A stretch of DNA of 44,166 nt from Nanobdellota archaeon (GCA_039714095.1 JBDLJZ010000003.1:1-44166); one strand, 5' to 3'. Positions 10,118 through 20,580 are shown, numbered from the stretch's first letter. The notes: generated by a model from the letters alone, not told the origin. Program-made: numbers and translations.

Positions 10118-12902
10118 AAAAATTCCAACCCTTTTTTTAATATTAATTTTAACTATTTTTATTGTTAATTCTTATCAAACAAAAATAACACAAGAAGTAA
10201 TAGATGAATTAGAAAATAATAATGATGTAAGGGTGATAGTTGAATTAAAAGAACCTTCATTAGAAAAAGGAATTATTTTTGTCATAAAAAAAACCTCAGA
10301 TGAAATAAAATCAGAAAAAGAACAAGCCAAACAAGAAATAATAAATCAGGTTAGCAATGAAAAAATAAAACATGTTTTTGATAAGAGTATTGCACTTGAA
10401 ATTTCTGAAAAAAAAATAAAACAATTAGAGAAAAATTCAAATATTAAGTCAATTAAAATTGATAAACCTTTTTTCGCGTTTTTGCAAGATTCTGTCCCAT
10501 TAATTAATGCAAGCACAACTTGGCCAATACAACTAAGCAGTTTTAATATCACTGGGATAAATGAAACAGTTTGTATAATTGATACAGGGGTTGATAGTTC
10601 TCATACAGATCTTCAAAATCAAGTGGTTGGAGAATATTGTTTTTGCTCTGCAACAGAGGGTGTGTATCCAAATTGTTGCCCAGATACAACAAATGAGGAT
10701 AATAACGCAACAGATAATAACGGGCACGGAACACATGTAGCAGGAATTGTTGCAGCATTTGGAGAAATTAATGGAGTTGCAATAGGAGCAAAAATTGCAA
10801 TGGTGAAAGTTTTAAATTCAACAGGTTCAGGATATAGTTCTGACACTGCCGCCGCAATTGAATGGTGTACAAATAATGTGGAGCTTTACAATATTTCAGT
10901 TATAAGTTTGAGTTTAGGAGGAGGCCAATATAATGATTATTGCGACGGAGAAGATGCTACAACCACTAATATAATAAATACAGCTGTTGGAAAAAATATT
11001 TCTGTAATTGTCGCAACAGGGAATATAGATGCGGCTTATCCAAATAAATTAGCGGGAATTGCTTCTCCAGCTTGCATAAAAAATTCAACAAGAATATCTG
11101 CAACAGATAAACTTGATAGTCCTGCTTTTTATGCATTTAGAAATAAAAATTTTACAGATATTTTTTTTGCTCCTGGAACAAGTATTAATTCAACTTCCAC
11201 AATTGCCCTTGATGGTTGTGATCTTTATGGAGATTATATGTCTTGTTCAGGAACCTCAATGTCTGCCCCCCATGTCGCAGGAGCTTTCGCAATAATAAGA
11301 CAATTCTTTAGATTACAAAATAACAAAATTCCGACTTCATCTGAAATTAAAATTCTACTAAATAACACAGGCAAATTAATAGACGACAGTTCTGGAAGCG
11401 GACTAAATTTTACAAGAATAGATGTTTACTCGGCTTTACTTTCAATTGATTCTTCACCTCCAACAGTAAATTTAATTTCCCCAGAAGATAATGAATTTAA
11501 TTTCACACAAAATTTAACTTTCAAATGTTCAGCAAATGATATCCTATTGTCAAATATAACACTCTATGTCTGGAATTCCACAAGCATTTATAATACTACT
11601 TTAAGAGATGTTGCTGGTACAAATGCAGAGGCAGAATTTAATTTAACAAATATTCCTGAAGACGAATACCAATGGAACTGTCTTGCCTATGACCATAATA
11701 ATAATTTTTCTTTTGCTTCTTCTAATTATACTCTAACTTTAAAAAAAATAAACACAATTCTAAATTCACCAACAAACAACACTTTCACAAATCAAGAAAC
11801 ACAAACATTCAACTGCTCTGCACAAACAATTTCTACAAAAGAATTAACAAACATAACTTTTTTTATTTGGAACTCCACAGAATTAATTTACAACACAACA
11901 CAAAATATCTCTGGCACACAAAATTCAACAACATTCCAGCACAATTTAACATCTCCAATAGAATATCATTGGAATTGCCTAACTTATAATAATGAATCCA
12001 ATTTTACTTTTGCAACAAATAATAATACTCTAACATATGACATCACTAAACCAAATGTAACATCAGTTCCAAATTTTCCAACAAACGAAACATCAAACTC
12101 TGCAACAAAATCTTTTTACTATAATGCAACTGATAATTACGGAATTAATAATTGCAGTCTGATTGTGGATAATGTAGTGAGTTTGACAGATTCTTTAATA
12201 AATATTTCTCTAACACAGAATTTTACTAAGATATTTTTACCTGGAACTTACAATTGGCAAATAAATTGCACAGACTTAGCAAATAATATAGAAAATTCTT
12301 CAACCCAGAGTTTTATAATCACTGCTCCAGCTGTAGTAACTTCTTCAGAGGGCAGAGGTAGTGGAAGCTCTTCAGTCAAAACATTTGTCGCATCGCCTGA
12401 ACAAACTTCAACAGGGTACACAAAAGAGTTAGCAAAAAATGACAAAATTAAATTTACAATTCCCAACGAATTATCTGAACAACACACAATCACAACAAAT
12501 TACGTAGGGATAGATTACGCAGACATAACCATTCAAAGCAATCCAATAAATTTTGTTTTATATATAGGAGAAGAAAAAAAATTAAACCTAACTTCCTCAG
12601 AATATTATAATCTTTATATTAAATTAAACTCAATAAAAAATTAAAAGGCGAATCTGACAATTCAAACTATTTATGAGCAGATGATTCAACCCTCCTCTGA
12701 AATTCTGAAAAATAAAACTATAACTGGAAAAACTATTGAAGAAAAAGATAAGCCAGAAATTTTCAAAACAGAATCTTTTAAGAATTTTTTAATCATAATA
12801 CTTATAATCCTTCTTGTCATTATATTAGTAATAAAAAAAAGAAAGAAAAGAAAGGAAGAAAAGAAAAATGAAACCCTTAAAACCAAGCGCACGAGAAAAT
12901 AA
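10110..12902 (+). CDS. S8 subtilisin-like protease with Ig-like repeats; one in-frame TAA (12642-12644) separates the C-terminal TM anchor
   Basis: Catalytic triad motifs IIDTG, HGTHVAG, SGTSMSAPHVAG. The frame continues after the TAA (KANLTIQTIYEQMIQ...) into ORF 12681-12902. Confidence 0.88.
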
Positions 12903-13227
12903 AAGATATCTTTTAGTAGAAGGAAAAAATCTTAAACAAAATATTGAAAAAGCAATTTTAGAATTTATAGGAGTTTTAGGAATGTCACAAGTTGGATTAA
13001 GTTTTATAGAAACACACTCACGAGTGTATACCCACAAGGGGCACGAGAACCTGCAAGCAGGCCCCGAAAAATCTTCAAATAAGATTTCTACAAAGGGTAA
13101 AAATAATTCTACAATAATTTGCATAAACCGAGAAATGGTTGATTCTGTTCGTGCATCACTTTGTGTCTTCCCCGATAAAATAGAAGTAAAAAAAGTTAGT
13201 GGGACTTTGAAAAGTTTAAGAAAATAA
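12868..13227 (+). CDS. pop5: RNase P protein Pop5/Rpp14 with an in-frame insertion
   Basis: PSARENKRYL and VSGTLKSLR ends; located upstream of psmA as in the archaeal exosome superoperon. Confidence 0.8.
   Translation: MKPLKPSARENKRYLLVEGKNLKQNIEKAILEFIGVLGMSQVGLSFIETHSRVYTHKGHENLQAGPEKSSNKISTKGKNNSTIICINREMVDSVRASLCVFPDKIEVKKVSGTLKSLRK
13012..13097 (+). repeat. composite palindromic element inserted in frame in pop5
   Basis: Hairpins ACACTC-AC-GAGTGT, CCTGC-AA-GCAGG and AAATCTT-CAAAT-AAGATTT; the 3' part matches 29067-29100. Confidence 0.75.
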
Positions 13228-13246
13228 TTTTTTAATTTTTAATAGT

Positions 13247-14290
13247 TTATTCCAACTTTTCCAATTCGTTTAATAATTCTTCCACAAGATTTTCTTTCCC
13301 CACATTTCTAATTACTTTTCCATTCTTGAAAAGTATGCCTCCGTTTTCTCTTCCTGCGATTCCTATATCTGCCATTTTCGCTTCGTCTGCATTTACAAAG
13401 CAACCTAGAATTCCAACTTTTATTGGCTTATCGATTTTTGTTAATTTTTCTTCAACTTCTTTTGCAATTTTTATTACATCTATTTTTGCTCTTGCGCATG
13501 TAGGGCAAGAAATCAATATAGCCCCCTTTCTTAATTTAAGTGATTTTAAAATAGAATATCCTGCAAAAATTTCTTTTTTAGGGTCAGCACTTAATGAAAC
13601 TCTAATAGTATCCCCAATACCCTCTAATAACAATGCACCAATACCAATACTTGATTTAATTATTCCTCCTTTTTCTGTCCCTGATTCTGTAATTCCTAGG
13701 TGTAAAGGATAATTTGATTTTTCGGAAAATAATTTATTAGCTCCTATAGTCTCAAAAATATCTGAAGATTTTAAAGAAACAATAATATTATGAAAATTAA
13801 GATCTTCGCAAATTTTAATAGTTTCTAAAGCAGATTCAACTATGGCTTTAGGGCTTGAACCAAATTTTTCCATAATTTTTTTTGGCAAAGAACCTATATT
13901 AATTCCAATTCTTATTGGAATCTTTTTATTTTTTGCCTCTTTAATTATTATTTTTAATTTATCTTCTGAGATATTTCCTGGATTGATTCTTATCTTATCT
14001 ATACCCTGTTTTATACATTCTAATGCTAAAGCATAATCATAATGAATATCTGTAACAAGAGGGATATTTATTTGTTTTTTAATTTTATTTATTTGTTTTG
14101 CAGATTCAATATCTGGAACAGCGATTCTAATGATCTCACAACCTACTGACTCTAATTCAAGAATTTGTTTAACTGTAGAATCTACATCACTAGTTTTTGT
14201 ATTACACATTGATTGAACTCTTATAGGATTATTTCCTCCAATTTTGAGATTACCAATTTTTACTTCTTTTGTTTTTTTTCTTTGAATCAT
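13247..14290 (-). CDS. ispG: (E)-4-hydroxy-3-methylbut-2-enyl-diphosphate synthase
   Basis: IRVQSM, DIHY, RINPGN, LHLGITE, GDTIRVSL motifs; Fe-S ligands in CPTC and GCFVN. Confidence 0.95.
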   Translation of the reverse strand: MIQRKKTKEVKIGNLKIGGNNPIRVQSMCNTKTSDVDSTVKQILELESVGCEIIRIAVPDIESAKQINKIKKQINIPLVTDIHYDYALALECIKQGIDKIRINPGNISEDKLKIIIKEAKNKKIPIRIGINIGSLPKKIMEKFGSSPKAIVESALETIKICEDLNFHNIIVSLKSSDIFETIGANKLFSEKSNYPLHLGITESGTEKGGIIKSSIGIGALLLEGIGDTIRVSLSADPKKEIFAGYSILKSLKLRKGAILISCPTCARAKIDVIKIAKEVEEKLTKIDKPIKVGILGCFVNADEAKMADIGIAGRENGGILFKNGKVIRNVGKENLVEELLNELEKLE

Positions 14291-14349
14291 GTATCTAATT
14301 TAATATAAGTCTTTAAATTATTTATTCAGTTTCATCACCATTAAAAATC

Positions 14350-14388
14350 AAAAAGGTTTCAGGAACTTTGAAAAGTTTAAGAAAATAA
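14350..14388 (+). repeat. second copy of the pop5 3' end
   Basis: Encodes KKVSGTLKSLRK* like 13189-13227, with synonymous codon differences and a 24-bp exact core. Confidence 0.93.
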
Positions 14389-14424
14389 GTGAATATTTAA
14401 AAGGAGTGAGTCGTTTAGAGTTTT

Positions 14425-14922
14425 ATGAAAGAGGGAGCAGGAGAACTATTAAAAACAGTCGGCAAGACTAATGGAGTTTTTTATTGGTTATCTTTGGTGA
14501 TATCTACATTTCTGATTATAAATATTGTTTTTGATCCTTTTGAATTTTTAATAGCATTTGGAACGGGAATTTTTTCTTCAATAGCACTGATATTCTATTT
14601 ATTTATGCCTGATTCGTTTATTTTCCAAATAGATTCATTTTTATATATGATCTTTTTAAGTATAGCTTCGTACCCTTTCTTATTTTATTTTTTATATAAA
14701 AAAAGCAAGAAAAAAATTTATCCTATTCATTTCTTATGGTTCATAAATTTTGTTTTATTAGCAATAGCTACTATAACTTGGACTCTTTATGTAATTTATG
14801 GATGTGTATTTAAAGGTGAAGGTAGTATGGGATGTGTATTGCCGATTGTAACTATCCCCATAATTATCATTTCAAGTCTTGTCGCATACTTCTTTTATTA
14901 CAAATCTGAAGGACTTAAATAA
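14425..14922 (+). CDS. hypothetical multi-pass membrane protein
   Basis: 165-aa ORF with about 5 hydrophobic segments. Confidence 0.75.
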   Translation: MKEGAGELLKTVGKTNGVFYWLSLVISTFLIINIVFDPFEFLIAFGTGIFSSIALIFYLFMPDSFIFQIDSFLYMIFLSIASYPFLFYFLYKKSKKKIYPIHFLWFINFVLLAIATITWTLYVIYGCVFKGEGSMGCVLPIVTIPIIIISSLVAYFFYYKSEGLK

Positions 14923-14934
14923 ATCTGTGAAATG

Positions 14935-14965
14935 TTGAAAAGTTTAAGAAAATAATTTTTTAATT
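14935..14965 (+). repeat. third copy of the pop5 3' end plus downstream T-tract
   Basis: 31 bp identical to 13207-13237 (TTGAAAAGTTTAAGAAAATAATTTTTTAATT). Confidence 0.88.
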
Positions 14966-15441
14966 CTTGTAACAAAATCAATAAAAATTGTGAAATAGAT
15001 TAATAAAATAAACACTTTCATTATATTGTATTTAAATAAAACTTCAGAAATTATCTTTATATCTGGGAAAATAAAAAAATAAAATATTAATGCTAAAATT
15101 AACCACAAAAACGAACTATAAATTGAAACAAGTCCTTTATAATTATAACTCCAATTATAATCCCAAAGTTTTATACCATTTTTTAAGAAAATAATTCCAA
15201 TTACAAATTCAAGTAAAGTTATAGAAATCAAGAACAATAAAATTCTATAAAATAAATTTATATCTAAATATGAAATTAACAGAACAATAACAGCCCCAAA
15301 TCCATAAATTGGCAAATAAATTCCTTTTAAAAATCCTCTATTTGTAAATTGCTTATTAATAATTCCAGTTCTTATTGTTTCAAATATCCAACCAAAAAAA
15401 CTTCCAATAAGAAAAACCAAAATCATTTCTTGAATTATCAT
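14944..15441 (-). CDS. putative ABC transporter permease-like membrane protein (CmpB/DUF1113-like)
   Basis: FLIGSFFGWIFE, NRGFLKG.YLPIYGFG and LWDY motifs. Confidence 0.75.
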   Translation of the reverse strand: MIIQEMILVFLIGSFFGWIFETIRTGIINKQFTNRGFLKGIYLPIYGFGAVIVLLISYLDINLFYRILLFLISITLLEFVIGIIFLKNGIKLWDYNWSYNYKGLVSIYSSFLWLILALIFYFFIFPDIKIISEVLFKYNIMKVFILLIYFTIFIDFVTRIKKLFS

Positions 15442-15573
15442 GGATAGATATATAATTGGATGTTTTAATTACTTTTCATAACATCCCGAAAATTTTATAA
15501 ACACTTTTAACCGCATTTTTTCAGAGAAAAATAAAGAATTAAACATATTATAAAGCTTTTATAAAAATATAAA

Positions 15574-16296
15574 ATGGATATGCCAATAGACATACAGCAC
15601 CAACAGATGGGTTATGACAGAACTGCAACAATGTTCTCTCCAGAGGGACATTTGCTTCAAGTTGAATATGCAGAAAAAACAGTGAGATTAGGCCCACTAA
15701 GCATTGGAATGGTTTGCACAGACGGAGTTTTTATAATCGCTGATAAAAGAATAAAAGATAAATTAATCGTACAAAAATCTGCAATAAAAATCCACGAAGT
15801 TGATTCTCATATTATATCAAGTGTTGCAGGAATTGTTTCAGATTCAAGAGTTTTAATAGAAAAAGCACAAGTCTTAGCACAACAGCACAGATTAACTTAC
15901 GACTCCCCAGCACCAACAGAATCAATAACAAAAGATATAGCTGACATAAAACAATATTTTAGCCAATATGGAGGAGCACGCCCTTTTGGTGTTTCATTAA
16001 TGATAGCAGGAATAACAAATAAAAAACCCGAACTTTTCATAAGCGATGTTACAGGAAGCTATTTATCTTACCACGCAAACGCAATCGGAGAAAACGACGA
16101 AAAAGCAAAAGAACTTTTAAGGGAACACTATAAACAAACTTTAACAATAAAAGAAGGAATAAAACTTACATTAGATATTTTCAAAGAAATTAAAGGAGAC
16201 GATTTTCATATAAGTAAACTTGAACTTGCTTATATTAATAAGGAAGATGAAAAATTAAAAAGATTAGAAGGCAATAAAATAGAAGAATTAAAATGA
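15574..16296 (+). CDS. psmA: proteasome alpha subunit
   Basis: GYDRTATMFSPEGHLLQVEYA and RPFGVS motifs. Confidence 0.96.
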   Translation: MDMPIDIQHQQMGYDRTATMFSPEGHLLQVEYAEKTVRLGPLSIGMVCTDGVFIIADKRIKDKLIVQKSAIKIHEVDSHIISSVAGIVSDSRVLIEKAQVLAQQHRLTYDSPAPTESITKDIADIKQYFSQYGGARPFGVSLMIAGITNKKPELFISDVTGSYLSYHANAIGENDEKAKELLREHYKQTLTIKEGIKLTLDIFKEIKGDDFHISKLELAYINKEDEKLKRLEGNKIEELK

Positions 16297-16499
16297 CAAA
16301 ATCAATAAAAAAAGATTACATAGTGGTAGGGTTAGGATATGATGGAAACGAGGGAGTTTTAATTATGCAAAATCCAAATGAAAATCAATTACCTTCCTAT
16401 GGGGTTGGAGTTACGGCTCAAAGATTATATTCAAAAAAACCAAAAAATAGTGATATTCAAAAAGCAGTTGAAGAATTTTTTAGTGGGGGAAATTTATAA
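16293..16499 (+). CDS. hypothetical protein inserted in the superoperon
   Basis: 68 aa; ATGA overlap with the psmA stop. Confidence 0.65.
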   Translation: MTKSIKKDYIVVGLGYDGNEGVLIMQNPNENQLPSYGVGVTAQRLYSKKPKNSDIQKAVEEFFSGGNL

Positions 16500-16500
16500 A

Positions 16501-16800
16501 ATGACAAGAGATAAATTCACACTAATTACAACAAAAACAAAAGAAGGAGATATTAAGCATAGCTATGCTGGATATAGAAATGTCAACGCCTGCGAGAGTG
16601 AGCCTATAATGGAAAATTTTGGAAATGTCTATGACGGATTAGCAAGACAATATGAACATAAGCATACAGAATTATTATCGTCTTATAATGAAGGAAAAAT
16701 AATAACTAAATTTAAAGGTCCAAAAATTGGAGGAAATCTTTTGCAAAGATGCTTCGGAGCAATAGTTGCAGAAGTTCAGAGGATTCAAGACGGAGTATAA
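16501..16800 (+). CDS. hypothetical protein inserted in the superoperon
   Basis: Start reassigned to 16501 (TAAAATG junction); 99 aa. Confidence 0.65.
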   Translation: MTRDKFTLITTKTKEGDIKHSYAGYRNVNACESEPIMENFGNVYDGLARQYEHKHTELLSSYNEGKIITKFKGPKIGGNLLQRCFGAIVAEVQRIQDGV

Positions 16801-16801
16801 A

Positions 16802-17476
16802 ATGGCACAAACATTAGCACGATTAAAAAGAGCAGGAAAACATTTTGAAATTAAAGTTGATTTAGACGATGCTTTAAGGTTAAGAAAAGGAGAGTCTGAT
16901 TTTCTTGAAGTAGAAGGAGACATGATTTTTACTGACGCTAAAAAAGGAGAACGAGCTTCAACTCAAGATTTAGAGTTAGCATTTGACACAACAGATATAA
17001 ATGAAATTGCAAAAAAAATTGTAAAAAACGGCGAAGTTCAGACAACACAAGCTCATAGAGATTCAGAACAAGAGAAAAAATTCAAGCAAGTTGTAGATTT
17101 TTTGGCAACAAACGCAATTGATTCTAAAACAGGCAATCCACACACAGCCGAAAGAATTAAAAACGCTTTAGAACAATCTCATATAAACATAAAGAATATT
17201 CCAATAGAAAATCAAATTAAAGATATTCTTGACAAAATAAGTGCAGTTATTCCAATAAAACTTGATACTAAAAAAGTCAAAGTTACAATACCTGCGATTC
17301 ACACAGGAAAAGCATACGGAGTAATAACCCAATACAAAGAAAGCGAAAACTGGCTCCCTAACGGGGACATTGAAGTAATTGTCGCGGTTCCTTCGGGGAT
17401 CATAATTGACTTTTACGAAAAACTAAATAATATCACGCACGGAAGTGCGCTAACAGAAGAAATCAAAGAAGAATAA
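16802..17476 (+). CDS. ribosome maturation factor SBDS/Sdo1
   Basis: ARLKRAGKHFEI, IFTDAKKG and NPHTAERI motifs; start set at the coupled ATG 16802. Confidence 0.93.
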   Translation: MAQTLARLKRAGKHFEIKVDLDDALRLRKGESDFLEVEGDMIFTDAKKGERASTQDLELAFDTTDINEIAKKIVKNGEVQTTQAHRDSEQEKKFKQVVDFLATNAIDSKTGNPHTAERIKNALEQSHINIKNIPIENQIKDILDKISAVIPIKLDTKKVKVTIPAIHTGKAYGVITQYKESENWLPNGDIEVIVAVPSGIIIDFYEKLNNITHGSALTEEIKEE

Positions 17477-17477
17477 A

Positions 17478-17846
17478 ATGGAACAAGAGATAAAAACACA
17501 GTACTTAGAAAACAAAGAAGACTTAGGAGCACTTTTTGAAGATAAAGATTTTGTTAATGTTGCATTAAAAGATGGATATCAGGACCCAGCATTATTTTGT
17601 AAGTGGGAGACTGATATAGATGATTGGTATAATGGATTAACAATCTTAAGAAAAAATGGGGATAATTTTCATTCTTATTGGATTAGCAATAGATATCTTT
17701 CAATAAAAGATGGAGTTATTTCTGAAGATACAACTCCTCATGTTGGAGGCTTCCAATTATCAAGTAAGACAAGTTTTGATTATAACTCATTAAAAGATAT
17801 GTATACGAATGCAGAAAAATTAAACACTCTTGCTGAAGGAAATTAA
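17478..17846 (+). CDS. hypothetical protein between SBDS and rrp4
   Basis: 122-aa ORF tightly spaced on both sides. Confidence 0.75.
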   Translation: MEQEIKTQYLENKEDLGALFEDKDFVNVALKDGYQDPALFCKWETDIDDWYNGLTILRKNGDNFHSYWISNRYLSIKDGVISEDTTPHVGGFQLSSKTSFDYNSLKDMYTNAEKLNTLAEGN

Positions 17847-17848
17847 AA

Positions 17849-18514
17849 ATGACAGAAAGAAAAATAGTAATACCTGGTGAAGAAATCGCAAAAGGCGACG
17901 ACTTTTTACCTGGAGAAAACACAGAAAAACAAGGAGATTCAATAATTGCACTAAAATACGGATTAGCAGAAGAATCAAACAAACTAATGAGAATAATTCC
18001 TTTGTCAGGAGTTTATCATCCACGAAGAGGAAACTCTGTAATTGGAAAAGTTATAATGATAACTTTCAACGGATGGGTAATTGACATCGGCGCAGCAGAC
18101 AATGCATTTTTATCTTTAATGGAAGTCCCGAGATTTGTAAACAAAGACCAACTTGAAGAAGTATTACAAATCGGCGATATGGTAACAGCAAAAATCTGGG
18201 CAATAAACAAGCGAGGAATTGATTTAAGTATAAAACAAAGAGGATTAGGAAGAATAGATGAAGGAATAATAATGAAAATAAATCCAAATAAAGTTCCAAG
18301 AATAATTGGAAAAGAAGGAAGCATGATAAAAATGGTAAAAGACGAGACAGGATGTAACATCACAGTTGGACAAAACGGATTCATTTGGTTAAAAGGTGAC
18401 AAAATAGAAAATGAATTATTTGCAAAAAAAGCAATCCAATTCATAGAATCAAAATCATTTGTAAGCGGTTTGACAGAAGAAGTTCAAAAATGGTTTGAGG
18501 GGGAGAAAAAATAA
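17849..18514 (+). CDS. rrp4: exosome RNA-binding subunit Rrp4
   Basis: VIPGE start, S1 domain, KH motif PRIIGKEGSM, GQNG. Confidence 0.94.
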   Translation: MTERKIVIPGEEIAKGDDFLPGENTEKQGDSIIALKYGLAEESNKLMRIIPLSGVYHPRRGNSVIGKVIMITFNGWVIDIGAADNAFLSLMEVPRFVNKDQLEEVLQIGDMVTAKIWAINKRGIDLSIKQRGLGRIDEGIIMKINPNKVPRIIGKEGSMIKMVKDETGCNITVGQNGFIWLKGDKIENELFAKKAIQFIESKSFVSGLTEEVQKWFEGEKK

Positions 18515-18515
18515 A

Positions 18516-19226
18516 ATGGCAAAAGAATTCATAAGAGACGACGGAAGAAAGTTTGATGAAATTAGACCAATGAAAGCAAAAGTTGGAATTATTCCTAGTG
18601 CTGATGGTTCTGCTATGTTTCAATTCGGAGATACAATTGCTATTGCTTCAGTTCGTGGACCTAAAAAAATGCACCCACAACATTCTCAAAATCCTGAGAA
18701 AGGAACTTTAAGATGTAATTATAGTATGATGAGTTTTTCAGTAGAAGACAGAATTCGTCCAGGACCAAGCCGAAGAAGCACTGAAATTAGCAAAATCACA
18801 GAGTGGGCATTAGAACCAGTTTTAATGATTGATGATTATCCTAATCAAGTTATAGATGTACACATTCACATTATTCAAGCAAGTGCATCAACTCGTTGCG
18901 CAGGAATTAATGCAGCAGCAATGGCATTAGCACACGCAGGCATACCAATGAAAGATATAGTTTCAAGTATTGCAGTAGGAAAAATAGACAAACAATTAGT
19001 TGTTGATGTAAATAAATTTGAAGATTCTGTATTTGACGAAGGTGAAGGAGCAACAGATATGCCATTTACTTTCACAAGCAACGGAAAAATAACTCATTTA
19101 CAATTAGACGGAAAAATAACAAAAGAACAATTCAAAGAAGTAATGAATTTAGCACAAGAAGGAGCAAAAAAAGTTTACGAAGTTCAAAAACAAGCATTAA
19201 AAGATTCAATTGGAGGAGAAAAATAA
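18516..19226 (+). CDS. rrp41: exosome subunit Rrp41
   Basis: RNase PH fold motifs DGRKFDEIRP, ADGSA, GPSRR, TDMP. Confidence 0.94.
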   Translation: MAKEFIRDDGRKFDEIRPMKAKVGIIPSADGSAMFQFGDTIAIASVRGPKKMHPQHSQNPEKGTLRCNYSMMSFSVEDRIRPGPSRRSTEISKITEWALEPVLMIDDYPNQVIDVHIHIIQASASTRCAGINAAAMALAHAGIPMKDIVSSIAVGKIDKQLVVDVNKFEDSVFDEGEGATDMPFTFTSNGKITHLQLDGKITKEQFKEVMNLAQEGAKKVYEVQKQALKDSIGGEK

Positions 19227-19227
19227 G

Positions 19228-19401
19228 ATGAATAATAAATGTGAGTATTACGAAAGATGTAGAAGAGAAAATAAAGAATTAAAAAATAATCTTATTAGTG
19301 AGGAGATCTCTAAAAGATTAAAAAATCCAATATCTTATGAATGTCTTTTTAATCAAGAATATATTGCTGAATGCCCGGTAGTAGAGGAGATTAAAAAATA
19401 A
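19228..19401 (+). CDS. small 4-Cys hypothetical protein between rrp41 and rrp42
   Basis: 57 aa; GGAGGAG upstream; TAAGATG and TAAAATG junctions. Confidence 0.6.
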   Translation: MNNKCEYYERCRRENKELKNNLISEEISKRLKNPISYECLFNQEYIAECPVVEEIKK

Positions 19402-19402
19402 A

Positions 19403-20206
19403 ATGGAAACAATGACAACACCAAACATTACAGGAGAAAGAATAAAGAAATATTTAGCAGAAGGAAAAAGATTTGATTCAAGAACTCCTTTTCAATTTAG
19501 AGATATTATAATTGAACAAAAAGTTTCAAAAAACGCAGAAGGTTCTGTTAGAGTTAAACTAGGAAAAACAGAAGTTTTAGTTGGTGTTAAAATGGGGGTG
19601 TCAACACCTTATGCAGACTCTCCAGATAAAGGAACAATGATGGTAACTTCTGAATTACTTCCTTTAAGTTCTCCGAGATTTGAATACGGCCCACCAAGAT
19701 TCCCTGCAATTGAACTCGCAAGATTAGTTGATAGAGCAATCAGAGAAAGCAAGTTTATACAATTTGATAAATTATGTATTAAAGAGGGAGAAAAAGTTTG
19801 GACTGTTTTTATAGATATTTATACAATTAACGACGATGGAAATTTACAAGATGCTGCGTCAATTGGAGCATTAGCTGCTTTGAAAAATGCAAAAATGCCT
19901 AAGTACGATGAGGAGGAAGAAAAAGTTCTTTACGGAGAATGGACAGAAGATTCCCTTCCAGTTGCTAAAGAATTACCAATATCAATGACATTCCATAGAA
20001 TAGGAAATAATTTTATAATTGACCCAACACGACAAGAAGAAGATGTTTCAGAAGTTAGATTAACTGTTGGAAGCACAGCAGGAATGATTTCATCAATGCA
20101 AAAAGGAAATTTAAAAACTTTGAGCATGGAAGATTTAAATATTATCTTAGATAATGTAGAAAGTGTAAGAAAAACTATTGCTAGCGCAATTGAGAAAATA
20201 AAATGA
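19403..20206 (+). CDS. rrp42: exosome subunit Rrp42
   Basis: AEGSVRVKLGKT, ELARLVDRAIRES, DDGN and DPT motifs. Confidence 0.94.
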   Translation: METMTTPNITGERIKKYLAEGKRFDSRTPFQFRDIIIEQKVSKNAEGSVRVKLGKTEVLVGVKMGVSTPYADSPDKGTMMVTSELLPLSSPRFEYGPPRFPAIELARLVDRAIRESKFIQFDKLCIKEGEKVWTVFIDIYTINDDGNLQDAASIGALAALKNAKMPKYDEEEEKVLYGEWTEDSLPVAKELPISMTFHRIGNNFIIDPTRQEEDVSEVRLTVGSTAGMISSMQKGNLKTLSMEDLNIILDNVESVRKTIASAIEKIK

Positions 20207-20580
20207 ATTCACAAGATTTCACAAGATACGAAAGAGCAAGAATTCTTGGAGCAAGAGCTTTGCAAATCGCAATGAACGCACCTTTGTTAATAAAAATTAG
20301 TCAAGACGATTTAGAAAAAATAAAATTTGATGCATTAAAAATAGCAGAAACAGAACTTAACTCAAATGTTTTACCAATTTCAATAAAAAAACCTTTTCCT
20401 CAAAGAAAAAAAGAAAAACTAAAAAGAATTAAGGAACAAGTTGTTAGTGACGAAAAAATTAAAGAAATTGAAGCTAAAGAAGAAGAAGAAATAGCAAAAA
20501 GCGGAGAAATAATGCAACTTGCAAATCCAGAAGAAGAAAGCGAATCAGAAGAGTCAAGTGCAAGTAACGATATTGAATAA
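20203..20580 (+). CDS. rpoK: RNA polymerase subunit K (Rpo6) with an acidic tail
   Basis: FTRYERARILGARALQIAMNAP. Confidence 0.94.
   Translation: MNSQDFTRYERARILGARALQIAMNAPLLIKISQDDLEKIKFDALKIAETELNSNVLPISIKKPFPQRKKEKLKRIKEQVVSDEKIKEIEAKEEEEIAKSGEIMQLANPEEESESEESSASNDIE

Noticed and set aside
12642-12644. Stop-codon reassignment
   Set aside because: TAA, TAG and TGA all terminate conserved genes normally in this window.
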